A DNA stretch of 63,974 bases, filler included, from Catajapyx aquilonaris (lineage: Eukaryota): NCBI GenBank assembly GCA_000934665.2. It is 3 parts of 3 records of this genome, joined end to end, with 100 filler letters (N's around TTAATTAATTAA, not from the genome) between each part and the next. Parts side by side here need not be neighbours in the genome. Positions count along the whole stretch, not along the records: positions 1 to 21,488 come from JYFJ02006039.1; 2 more parts are not named here. One strand, 5' to 3'. Below the pieces are notes generated by a model. It saw nothing but the letters and a program-made list of their open reading frames with translations, searched no databases and was not told where the DNA came from. Of the stretch, positions 1 through 12,200 are shown one piece after another (the first letter of the stretch is position 1; the number at the start of each line of letters is the position of its first letter). The position numbers and the translations under genes were made by a program.

Positions 1-55
1 GGGGGGGTCAAAAAGTGGCCAAAAATCGGTCATGTGGTATATGGACGACCCCTTA
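1..55. mobile_element. Right end of a MITE (PIF/Harbinger-like, ...GGACGACCCC|TTA)
   Basis: Terminal motif GTGGTATATGGACGACCCC followed by TTA; truncated by the window edge. Confidence 0.4.
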
Positions 56-138
56 TGGAAAATTGCGAAGTTGTGTACAATCCGCGCGCCACCTAGCAAC
101 TAAACGATCTGCTCGCTAACGCCGTCCACCTGACGCGT
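56..138. repeat. Fragment of the Tc1-type palindromic MITE family seen at 14992-15519
   Basis: AATTGCGAAGTTGTGTACAATCCGCGCGCCACCTAGCAACTAAACG... is nearly identical to about 15307-15385. Confidence 0.75.
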
Positions 139-331
139 ACCAAGGCATTGACTTTTTGAACATGAAATACATGTCACATGAATCTTATATTGTAATGATT
201 CTGACGACATTTCAGGCATCAACATTTCCAGCGATTTTTTCGTTGTCCTGATTTTTGGGATAGCAGGAGATAAGGGGTTAAAACCCACCCCATAGAAATG
301 CATCAATATGTGAATCAAGCACAATTCCTAC

Positions 332-3300
332 CTCTTCCGATTTTCTTGCCAGTTCCACCTGCAAAGCTGCCACCTTTCCGTTTGACTCCTTTTCAAGAAG
401 GGACAAGGCACTATCTCTCTTCATCAGCTCAGTTTCTAGTGTATGTATCTTTTTTGCTTCGAACTCCTTATCTGACTGCAATTTCTTTTCACGGAAAGTG
501 ATACTGATCTCCGCTTCCTGGAGTTCATCCACCTAGTTAGTTGAAAGTCATGTTACACACTGCCACTTTAGAATATGCACTAAGAACATGAATTTACATA
601 CCTTGGCAAGGGCTTCACATTTCGCCTTTCGGGCAGTTACCATTTCTTCCATCAGACTTTTAATTTCATCTTTTAATTGCATAATACAACTCTCCTTCTT
701 CTCTAGCATAAAATGCAACTCTTTCAGCTCTGTTTCACCAGTTTCCTTGACTTTCTCAAGATCCTTGTACTCGACATCAACCCTGCAAAATATGAAACAT
801 TAAATATGCTGAAATATTGATTACTGAACCAGCTGAAGGATCACGTTTTTTGACAAGTTTACAGTTAGGCCCCATTTTACATTCATAATAACGACCATTC
901 CAAAATAAAGTGTTTTAACTAGTCCATTGGTTCCCAACCTTTCTCGAGTTGCAACCCCCTTTTATAACAGCCAAGTATCCTGCCACCCCCCCCTCCCCCC
1001 CCCACACACACACATTTCTGTAGACATCTTTATAGGGTTAAACAACAAAATATTTTTATAACAAAGGGTGGAATTTTTTTCCCAGTGTTAGTTACTGCTA
1101 CGCTGAGGGAGCAAAACCGATCAAAACCCGACAACTATGAAACAAATTTTTCTAGAAATGTGAAACAAAATCCGCCAACTGCAGTATCTGTGTCAAAAAT
1201 GGCCAACTACTGCGTGCGAAAGGAGTGAAGAATTAATGCAATAATTGTATACACCATTGGCATTTCACATAAAAAAGCGCCAATTATGTTCTGTTGGAAT
1301 CAATACCACCAATTGCAACAAACAATATTCAATTGTTGACAAACAAATGTAACTAGATTTTAACCTGTTGAGGGCGACAACCATCATATGATGGCCAAGC
1401 ATGATGTGCCCCAGGGCCCACGACCATCATATGATGGTTAGCTACTTGCGCGCTCATTTGTTCGCATAAAAAAGACGCCAATGACTTTTAAGCTGCTCTT
1501 GCCCAGCCCTATGACACTCCTCGAATACGGTAGTGTAATAACTGTCACATTGTTCGCTAAGACGCCATCTTGTTCAAGGTGCAACTCCTGTGGTAGGTAG
1601 CGGGTAGTCTGTAGGTCGCCAGGTAGACTGATAATACTCGAAAAACTAATATAGGGATGTGCAATTAGTTTTTGGCTCCGTTGCATAGTTAACTCTTACG
1701 GCGGCGCCATTTTCCGGCGAATACCAGCGGGAAGGGTGGCCTACTTTAATTTTTTTTTTCTACACTCTCCGTAGATGACATCTAGTGAGTCAGAAAGGAA
1801 ATGGCCAGGTCTTTCATATACGATGCATTTGCCTCTTCTAGTTAATATGAATGCCGTCTAACGCGCTGGGGAACTCTCAGAATCCATCATGTAAGCAACA
1901 TCTTTGGTGAGCGTGCGGACCAGCCATGGTCTGCCGGAGTTTATTATTTTTTAAAAATTAGTTTGACATCTCCTTTTTCACATAAAACATATTTCATCAA
2001 GATAGGGTAGTTAGAACCCATAAAAATAATTAAAATTCACCAGGGTAAATGATACGGAGATTGCTTAGCGCAGGCGTAAATATTCAAGAGCCAATCGCGT
2101 GCGAGATCGAGAGCTGGAGAGCCAATGGCTGCGCAGAACGAACCAAAATGAGGTCACGGTAATTAGACGCAAAAAACTATTAATTGTGACGTAATGGATT
2201 ATCATAAGCGTAACAATTTTACAAAATGCGCTCAGGTATATGTATTATTTATAAATAAATAAAAACCATGTAGGTTACAGCTAATATTTAAAATTAATTC
2301 TTGAAATTGTTCTCACGCTGTTCCATGAGTGGCCACCCCAATGACCCCACATCATAGCCGCTGGACATTCCCACACACTGAAATTTTTCATGTAAGTTCT
2401 ACTTATAGTGCTTGTGAAGAGGGTGAAAACCGCATTCATTTACGCATTGTCGAAGTTCCGTAAAAAATTCGCAAAGTCTTGTTCTCACCCGTATGTCAAC
2501 CGGCGCCCTAAGAGTTAATGCGTACGTCGCCCTTAAAGTGTAGAGGGCTGGATGGTGGAATATGAGGCAAAAATGACGAAGTGCATGGGTGTCACACCTG
2601 GATTCTTACTCTGAAGGGATTTGATCGCCTATTGCACATGGACGATGTGTTAGGGGACCAAGGCAAGGGACTGGTGGTGGAACAGATGTGACGTCACGAA
2701 ACTTAGGCTGCACCATACGCATTAACTATGCAACGGAGCCCAAAACCAATTGCACATCCCAATATTAGTTTTACGAGTACTATCAGTCTACCTGGCGATT
2801 GGGCACGAGTTTGCCTTCACCCTGTATATGGTTTGACTGACTATTTGACCTGTTCAGTGATATTAGAAAGTATTCAGTAACACATCACTTCATGTCAGCT
2901 TCATTATTATGCCACATGGCCATAAAAAACACTGTTTGAAATGCCTTCCACTCTGTCAACATATTGCATTATCCAAGTTAAATGCATTTGAATAACCAAG
3001 CTTAAAAATTAGGTCTGGGTGACTTAGAGGTCATTTTTCTGGAAAATCCTTCCATAAAATTTACTGAAAATATACCATCAGAATGTATACATTGGTCATT
3101 TTATTTTCAAACAGAGTTGGCTCTGCATGAGGTTGCTGAGAAATCATTTACCTGAAGGTCAGTCCATATGAAAAAACAAAAAATCTGTTCCTCTCCCCCC
3201 CCCCCATATACAGTATATGGATTGAGACAAAAGTTACTATGCATATGTTAAATTCAAACACTTAAGTAATAATAATTAATAATTCATAACCCATTATCAG

Positions 3301-6164
3301 CCTTTTTCGGCTCTTTAGGGGGAAAGTTTTTCTTTTGCCTGGAACTCATTGTTTTTCATTTTACTGCACTTTTTGGGATGGGATAGGGACAGAAGGAAGC
3401 GGCTGTGGCCTGTTAATTACGGAAACAACTCCGGAATTTTCCTGGAAGGACCGTGGGAAACCACAGAAAACCACGGTCAGAGTTGCCGGCCCCGGGATTT
3501 GATCCCAGGACCTCCTGATTAGCAGTCGGACACCGTATCCCCTACTACAAACTGCTTCGGTCAAACACGTAAGTATTTCCAGTGCTCGCAAAGCGAGTTC
3601 TATTTGATATGACAGCAAGATGATGCAAACATAACTCAGGAATTCATAAAACATAAGAGGAATGACACACATACACCCCCCCCCCCTTCCAGCCCACATT
3701 GCCCATGGCACATGAAATTACTGATAAAAACATGCTCAATTGTTGATCATATCCCAGTCGAGGTCATCAAGATGGTCACCAAGGTCATCATGGCAGGAGC
3801 ATAGGTAGGATGGCAGCAGCAAGTCTGTTATGTGTGGGTCAGAGGATGGTGGAAGTGGCTGGGCCAGGGATGTGCTCAACTCAGGAGACCCCAAGTGCAG
3901 CAAAGCCATTTGCTTCGGGCCAGACTCATGGAAACATACTGCATTTATCACAGCTCTTAGCATCAAAAGATTGCAAGTTTAGTAGCGGATATGTTTTAGA
4001 ATAGTTTTTGCCATGAAAACTAGTACAATAATAGTGGAGGTTGTTCCTGATAACTTCAGATGAAAAGTGAAATTCAGTGCTGTCCTGTTCATTCCAGCAT
4101 TGCAATAATCAACATTTGACATTTGAAATCCCCCCCTTTATAAGTAGGCACTAGAAACCTTAACATAACTATTGTTTCTATTTTTATGGCAAATATATCA
4201 AATAATTCTACAATCTTACCTTCGAACTTTCTCTTCAGCTGCCTCAACTTTCAACTGGTATTCTTTCACAGAGGTATCAAGTTCATCTACCACTTTCTGC
4301 AGGTTTTCCTTCTCAGTGGTGGTGTCTTGCAACTCCCTTTGTATGTTTGAAAGATTCATTTCCAGTTCTGTTACCTTCTGGTCAGTGATTTCTGAAATAG
4401 ATTGCAGGTATTACAAAGAGCTTGACTTCACAGGCTCTTCCAGATAGGATATCCTTCATATAGTAGAGCCAAAGGATCAGAAGGAAGCCTTGCCCAGCCT
4501 TGTACATGATGGATTCTTCCTTGAGAGGTCCAAGATGCAAGTATTTGAGCACACCCTTATGGGAGCAATCAAATTATTTTTGTATATAAATGGGAGTAAC
4601 ATTTTCCTACTCCCATTCACAAAAAATGTGGTTTAATGTCAGTCAAGTAACTTTTTCATATGGATAAAAGCAAAGCACCCTTGCTTCCATGCTTATGTAT
4701 TTCCATCATATGCTATGGGGAGGACCCATAAGGTATGTAATATAGTTGCCCCAAGCTAAGTCTGTGTAGCTTTCCCTTAACTCCCTCCCGCCATCCATTT
4801 TTTTCAGGAACATAAAATAAGCTTTATTTTATCAAAATTTGGTGTGTTTTAAGAAACCTATTGAAAAGCTGCACGAAAGTCTTTATCAGCGTTAAATTTT
4901 TAACCTTACGAGTGAAGTTTCAGATATAGCACTCAAGAAAGCAGACAGTTTATTACATCACTGGAAAGGGATAATGCCTTACCCAAATCCCGTAGTTTAC
5001 GCGCGGTCGCGCGCCCCAAAAAAGTGGAGGGGTGGGGTAGAAAACAAAATATGATGAAAAATCTCCGTTAAGATTATCTGGACTTTAGAATTGATAATTA
5101 TGAAGAGTAACAATGGAGCTAGAATGGCACCGAAGTTAAAGTTAATTTGACAGTTAACAACTGAAACAAATATTATTACACTTTGGACAGTGAATTCTGT
5201 GGGGTCTGGTAATAATTGCTGTCACTACATTAATTTGTTACGTAGCAGGACATTAATTTTAACCCTGTAGCGGGCATTGTTGCCTGAGGGCAACAATTAA
5301 TTTGCGCAGGCGCCATAAGCTTCAACATTGGTTCTGGAAACCACAGTGTGGCTTGATGTCACCGTTAGTTTGTTAGCTTCCGCTGGATGCAGGGTTGGCA
5401 ATAATCAATGATTATTTTAAAATAATCAAATAATCAGATTATTTTGATTATAATCAGATTATTTTGATTATAATCGAATTATTTTGAATGTTATTATTTG
5501 TAGTACAGCACTTTATTTCATTTTCCTGATAAAAACACCACCTGCCATTTGAAGAAAATCAAGAAATGTATGTCAATATTGTCAAACATGTTACATTCCA
5601 AGGAAAGTGCATTCTACAATATACAGTCAATCCTCGTTTAACACGGATTCCGCTTACTTGGGAGCGACTAGCCTACTACACTATTCAGTAGTGTACCTGT
5701 GTACATACCTGTAAGTCTGTAACACTTACAGTATTATTGTACACTACTGTATCTTTATTACGCAGAAAGCAGTGCCCGATGTACTACCTCTGTGGCTCTG
5801 TCATGTTCTCATGTACTGATTATGATAATTAAACTGTATTTTACTACATATACAATAAGTCAAGAGTCAAGACTTTTAACTTTTAACTTTTTGACTGGTG
5901 AGTTTGTGATTATTGGTAGGATAAATGTATGACGAACCTGGTCCCCCAGGAACCTATCCCCCTATTTCCCAATTCCCATAAGATTAAATGATTACTGTAA
6001 TAATGTTTCACTTTACACGAAGTCACGAACCTATCCGGCTATCCCTGATGTTAAACGAGGTTTGACTGTACATGGTACTATGGTTCTATGGTAGGATATT
6101 TTTTTAGCCTTTCAACATTTTAACTTCTTTAGTGGAATCAAATAACACCTGCTACCTCATGGGC

Positions 6165-6206
<42 letters not shown>

Positions 6207-9200
6207 GTGATTATAATCAAGATTTTTCATTATTAATCAGTTGATTATAATGATCATGCCAACCCTGGCTGGATGACATGCAATGTCGACAATGTTACGT
6301 CGGGATATGGTATGAAGTGGAGAGAAGCCAAGGTCGTTGAAAATGGCGCGAAATTTGAATTTGCTGAAGCAGCAATTGTTTCTGGAGCTGATTAGATATA
6401 GGTGCAGATATTAAATATCCAGTTACATGTGTAACACTGCAAGAGTAGCTCTCTCGTCGCCATTTGAGGCCATTCTAATTTTGCCAGCACAATTTCATCA
6501 CAATTTTTTGGCGGCGCAGGCACAATATTGCTTGAGGTTTGAGTCCTAAGTCATTGTACTATTTTTATTCGAAAACGGAAATATGTACAGATATGACCAT
6601 TACTACGTTTTAAAGGCCCGGCGATTACAATTTCATCTGATAAATAGATGGCCCCGAGATCTCAAGGGGAGCCGGTAAACGAAAGGGGATCGTGACCCCC
6701 CACCCCGAGCTGCATGAGACTGTGGAAGGGTGGGGGTTATGATCGCCTTTAGTTTTCTGGTCCCCTTTGCGATATGGATGCCATCTATTTATCAGATGAA
6801 ATTGTAATCACCGGACCTTCAAAACTTAGCAAAGGTCATCTCTCTATGTGTTACCATTTTTGAATAAAAAAATACTCGCCATGACTTTTGACTCACCCGG
6901 TGTAACTTCAAAGTCATTGGGTCAGAGATGACCAAAACGTAATAAAAACCATCCTTACGTCGCATATGATGAGAAAAAGGCGTTAGAATTTTTTTCTTCC
7001 CACAATCCTAAATGTGTGCAGTACAGGATTAATAATGAACCTGAGGGGCCACACAAACATGAAGACTGAATAGAAATCAATTACCAAAAATTTGTCGCTG
7101 AATTTAAAATGTCGATATCTGGTTTAAGGTTTCAGAATTTGCATCCACTTTGCTGAAGGGTGGTTCCATTTCAGATCAGCCAGTGAGTGAAAAAGTGTCA
7201 GGTCATAGTCGTCGATTTTTTTTGAAAAAAATATATGTGAAACCCACATCCAATTGAACTCTTACGGAGCAATCAGTTTTACCAGATTAAATTTAGTTAT
7301 CGAGATATTAATATTTCTTTGAAGGGGTACCAAAATCACAATCACGCGAAGACGAACTTTTTCCCGCTTCTTCCATTGCTTTCAATGAGTATATAATATA
7401 ATATAATATAATATAATGAGTATTATAATTGCCATCACTACATTAATTTGTTACGTTAATTTTGGACTTTAATTTTAATAACGAACCTGAGGGGCCACAC
7501 AAACCTGAAGACAGCATTAAAATTATTTACAAAAAATCCACCACGGAATTTAAACAAGTTTATCACGGCTTGCAAATGTCGAATTTTCTGTGCATTTTTG
7601 AGTGCAGGGATTTAAAAAAACCATTTCGCATTCATTCAATTGAAAATTTTTATCATAGCACATTGCACTGAGGTCTAAATACACAATGTCATCACATTTT
7701 AATTTATTAATAAATAACAATGTAGTTCAGGGTGGTTCCATTTCAGATCAGCCAGTGAGTGAAAAAAGGTGTCAGGTCATAGTCATCGATTTTTTTGAAA
7801 AAAATATATGTGAAACCCACATCCAATTGAACTCTTACGGAGCAATCAGTTTTACCAGATTAAATTTAGTTATCGAGATATTAATATTTCTTTAAAGGGG
7901 TACCAAAATCACAATCACGCGAAGACGAACTTTTTCCCGCTTCTTCCATTGCTTTCAATGAGTATATCTCGGGAACTGTTCTGAGAACCAACATGAAATT
8001 TTAAACTCGTGCTTTTGGAATAAGACACTGTCATTTAATGCATAAATATACCTCATTTAATGGTACAGTCACCTGCAAAAAACTCACCAGGTTTTTATAT
8101 TATTTTATGACAGAACCGGTCTTTCCTTTATGAAATATAAAAGAATATTGCATATTTAAAATGGCGTTTCCATAATTATATTAATTTTTGAAATGTGCAT
8201 GTTGTTGCATAGAAACAAAAATCATCACTGTAAAAGAATAACAAAAAATAGCGATTAAATATTCAAAATGGCTTCTTCGAGAAAATATTTATTTTAAGTG
8301 TGCATATTGTAGCACAATTACAAAAGTTGTGACTTTACAAAAATTTATATCTCACGTATAAAAAATATATACCGGGTTTTGACACCAGTTAATTTTATAA
8401 CAGGTCCGTCCTTGTAAAATAAAAAATATAAATAAAATATTAAAAATTGCTTTTTTGAGAAAATAATTTTTTAAATATGCATGTTTTCACTTGTTGCCAT
8501 ATTTTCACCTCGAATATCTCAACTACACGCGGAGCTAACTAACGTTTTATTTCATGACCTGGAGGGGGTCACCGAGTGTATCACAAAATATAATCAGCAC
8601 AACCGTCACGTTTACCATAACGGCGTAATAAATTGCGAAATATGCGCATTTTGACCAAAATATGCAAGATTGGTGATTTTTTTGCAGGTGACTGTCCCAT
8701 TAAATGAGGTATATTTATGCATTAAATGACAGTGTGTTATTCCAAAAGCATGAGTTTAAAATTTCATGTTGGTTCTCAGAACATTTCCGAGATATACTCA
8801 TTGAAAGCAATGGAAGAAGCGGGAAAAAGTTCGTCTTCGCGTGATTGTGATTTTGGTACCCCTTCAAAGAAATATTAATATCTCCATAACTAAATTTAAT
8901 CTGGTAAAACTGATTGCTCCGTAAGAGTTCAATTGGATGTGGGTTTCACATATATTTTTTTCAAAAAAATCGATGACTATGACCTGACACCTTTTTTCAC
9001 TCACTGGCTGATCTGAAATGGAACCACCCTGAACTACATTGTTATTTATTAATAAATTAAAATGTGATGACATTGTGTATTTAGACCTCAGTGCAATGTG
9101 CTATGATAAAAATTTTCAATTGAATGAATGCGAAATGGTTTTTTTAAATCCCTGCACTCAAAAATGCACAGAAAATTCGACATTTGCAAGCCGTGATAAA

Positions 9201-12200
9201 CTTTTTTAAATTCCGTGATGGATTTTTTTGTAAATAATTTTAATGCTGTCTTCAGGTTTGTGTGGCCCCTCAGGTTCGTTATTAAAATTAAAGTCCAAAA
9301 TTAACGTAACAAATTAATGTAGTGATGGCAATTATTACCAGACCCCACAGAAATTCACTGTCCAAAGTGTAATAATATTTGTTTCAGTTGTTAACTGTCA
9401 AATTAACTTTAACTTCGGTGCCATTCTAACTCCATTGTTACTCTTCATAATTATCTATTCTAAAGTCCAGATAATCTGAACGGAGATTTTTCATCAAATT
9501 TTGTTTTCTACCCCACCCCTTCACTTTTTTGGGGCGCCCGTAAACTACGGGATTTGGGTAAGGTAATACTCGGATTACAAGGAGAATTAAATTGCTAGAT
9601 CGCAGCCATATTTGAAAAAATCACTTCAAAAACCCTTGATTAGTCTTCGACTGCAATTAGTCAATTTCCTTACTGCCTCACGATTACAACTAAAACTTTT
9701 GTATATGCAATGGGCCAATGGCCTTCTATCGAGCCAACAAAAATATACAGGGTGTTTCTTACTAGTCCAGCATGCAGCCGTCAGTGTATTCCTTGGGCCA
9801 AAACAAGTCGAAAATGTAGGGGGGAGAAATGTCGAGGGACCAACCGTTAACCAGGTAGATGACCAGAAACATAAGGCGGTGGTTACCGAAGTTGCAGGAT
9901 ATGAGCGGTGGTAATCACTTCTGTGAGAGGTGACCTTGCAAATCCCAACAGTCGCGTTTTTCACGTTGATGTCCTGCTCCTTCGGCATCCATTGACCAAT
10001 GTTTCTGGTCAAGGTCATATTAAAGGTTGCTCCCTCAACATTTCTCCCCCCTACATTTTCGACTTCTTTTGGCTCAAGGAATACGCTGACGGCCGCTCGC
10101 TGGACTAGTAACAAACACCCTGTATTAAAAAACAGCTGTACGGACATGTTTTGATATGAACACATTGTCACATACAGTTGGAGATGTGCTAATGTAGGGT
10201 AAACCGCACAGTGATGGCCCGCCCCACAGTGATGGCCCGCCCTACAGTGATGGCCCGCCCTACAGTGATGGCCCACTGCGTCTTGGTCCTTTAAGAAATA
10301 AACCGTGTAAATGCCATACCATGAAAAAGTGACCATGTTCTGACACCTGGAACCCTTGGCTTGAACTAGGTCGAAAATCAGTCCACTGAGGTAATTGCAA
10401 GAGCAGTAATGGCACTTCACACACAGACCTGCTGCTCATGTAGGATAAACCATACAGTGACGGCCAGTTTCTACAACCTGCATGCTTTTGTGTGGATTTA
10501 TCTCGTGTCAGTAACGCTTACGGTCCTAATACCAATGGTCCCTACTGTCCTTAGGTTCTTACTGTAGATATCCTATTGTTTTGCTGCCATGACCATCACT
10601 ATCTTGGCACCTGGCCATTATCATTTGTAGGGGTGGCCATTACTGTGTTTTAGGTAGTATATTTTGTGCATTTAAATATATGCACACATGCTGACAGATT
10701 TAAATGAATTTGATGGAATGTGAACTAGTAAATCCTCTGTTATTAGATAAACATTTTAGAAAATATATGTAGAAAGAAATTCTGAGGGTAATCATGTATT
10801 ACTCTGACCAATACGCTAAACTGGCCATCACTATGCAGTTTACCCTATGATGCTTCACTTCATCTGCAAGTGGTTTATGTTTCGGCTTACGACAAATGAG
10901 GGAACTTGATCTTCTGAATTTTCCAAGAGTTCATGCCAATCGGGCACGTAATTTGAGAGAAAATAATTTTTGTATAAAATTTTTTTCTCAAAAAAATTCA
11001 TAAGCGACTTTTTAAAATATGGATGCGATTTAGCAATTTGGCTCGTTGTAATCAGAGTAGGCTAATGATCCCTTTCCAGTGATGTAATAAAATGTCTGCT
11101 TTTTATGAGTGCAATATGAAACTTCGCTCCTAAGGTAAGCTGTCCAGCCTGACATCTGAGAGGTCATAACTTTTGACTTGTAGTGCTCCACAAAAACCGT
11201 TTGCATTTTGTTTAATAACTTACCTGCCTATATTATTGTGCCAAGTTTCATTCAGAAACTGCACGGACAACACTTACTGTTCCCTTGTTAGTAACAAATA
11301 ATAGATCTGCCCTGAATCACAAATCACTACTCTTAGATTTCATCTCAACATCACCAGAGCCCGCCCAATGTTCCTCTGAGCATGGCTGTCACATTCAAAC
11401 TGATGGTGATTGACATACGAGGGGTGTTTGATAAGTAGCGAGTCTACCTATGAAAGAGTTGTCGTAGAGGAATGAAGTTTGCGGCATTTTGAAGAGCAAC
11501 TCTCAAAACATATTTTCCGCCTCCGAGCGTACCGCCGAACAGCGTCGTGCCGCGGTAAAAGTGCGCACTGTCAGTCAAGATGGCGACTTCCATGAGAGAT
11601 GACCGCGAGTGATCATGCAGTCATTCGTTACCTGTTTCTGAAGGGCATGTCAGCGAAAGACATCCACACTGATATGCAGGCCACATTGAGGGACATTGAA
11701 GGACAATGCGTGTGTGGATGTCCTTCGCTGACATGCCCTTCAGAAACAGGTAACGAATGACCGCCTGATCACTCTCGTGGTCATCTCTCATGGAAGTCGC
11801 CATCTTGACTGACAGTGCACACTTTTACCGCCACACGACGCTGTTCAGCGGTACGCTCAGAGGCGGAAAATACGTTACGAGAGTTGCTCTTCAAAATGCT
11901 GCAAACTTCATTCCGCTACTACAACTCCTTCATAGGTACTGGTAGATTCACTACTTATCAAACACCCCTCGTAACCCTAGTCCACCTGAAAGGCTACTTC
12001 CATTTGGTTTCTCCCAGTTTAACTGCCTTTCTAACCCTCATGCTAAAGACTACATGGCACACTATTTAATTTCCCACTAAAAGGTGTGGATCTTTGGTAA
12101 TCATGAGTGTGAATACAGATCTTTAGTGCTATTTTCTCACTGGGAAGCATAAGCTTGATCAGGCTTGCTATTTGAAACTGCAATTCGTATTGGCATATCT

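Larger units (their letters stand above)
5390..6267. mobile_element. hAT-type MITE
   Basis: TIR CAGGGTTGGCA / TGCCAACCCTG with a perfect 8-bp TSD GCTGGATG (5382-5389, 6268-6275); subterminal 20-bp repeats ATAATCAGATTATTTTGATT. Confidence 0.9.
5263..7028. mobile_element. piggyBac-like non-autonomous element nested in the foldback arm
   Basis: TTAA TSD (5259-5262, 7029-7032); ends CCCTGTAG / GTACAGGA; the uninterrupted empty site AATTTTAATAACGAACCTGAGG is present at about 7471-7492. Confidence 0.8.
4977..9563. mobile_element. Large foldback element with long inverted arms
   Basis: 4977-5243 is the reverse complement of about 9303-9563 (TIR CCTTACCCAAATCCCGTAGTTTACG); 7425-8090 is a near-perfect reverse complement of about 8680-9335; flanks TG / TA. 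Confidence 0.85.

Noticed and set aside
7686..9073. Twin 69-aa ORFs on opposite strands
   Set aside because: By-product of the inverted repeat; no recognisable protein.
10209..10275. Regular short repeats that might suggest a CRISPR array
   Set aside because: Contiguous tandem 18-mers with no unique spacers, inside a MITE, in a eukaryotic context.
9626..10420. Longest ORF in the track (264 aa, with GHHCRA repeats)
   Set aside because: It runs across two MITEs; the peptide repeats are just the 18-bp subterminal DNA repeat.
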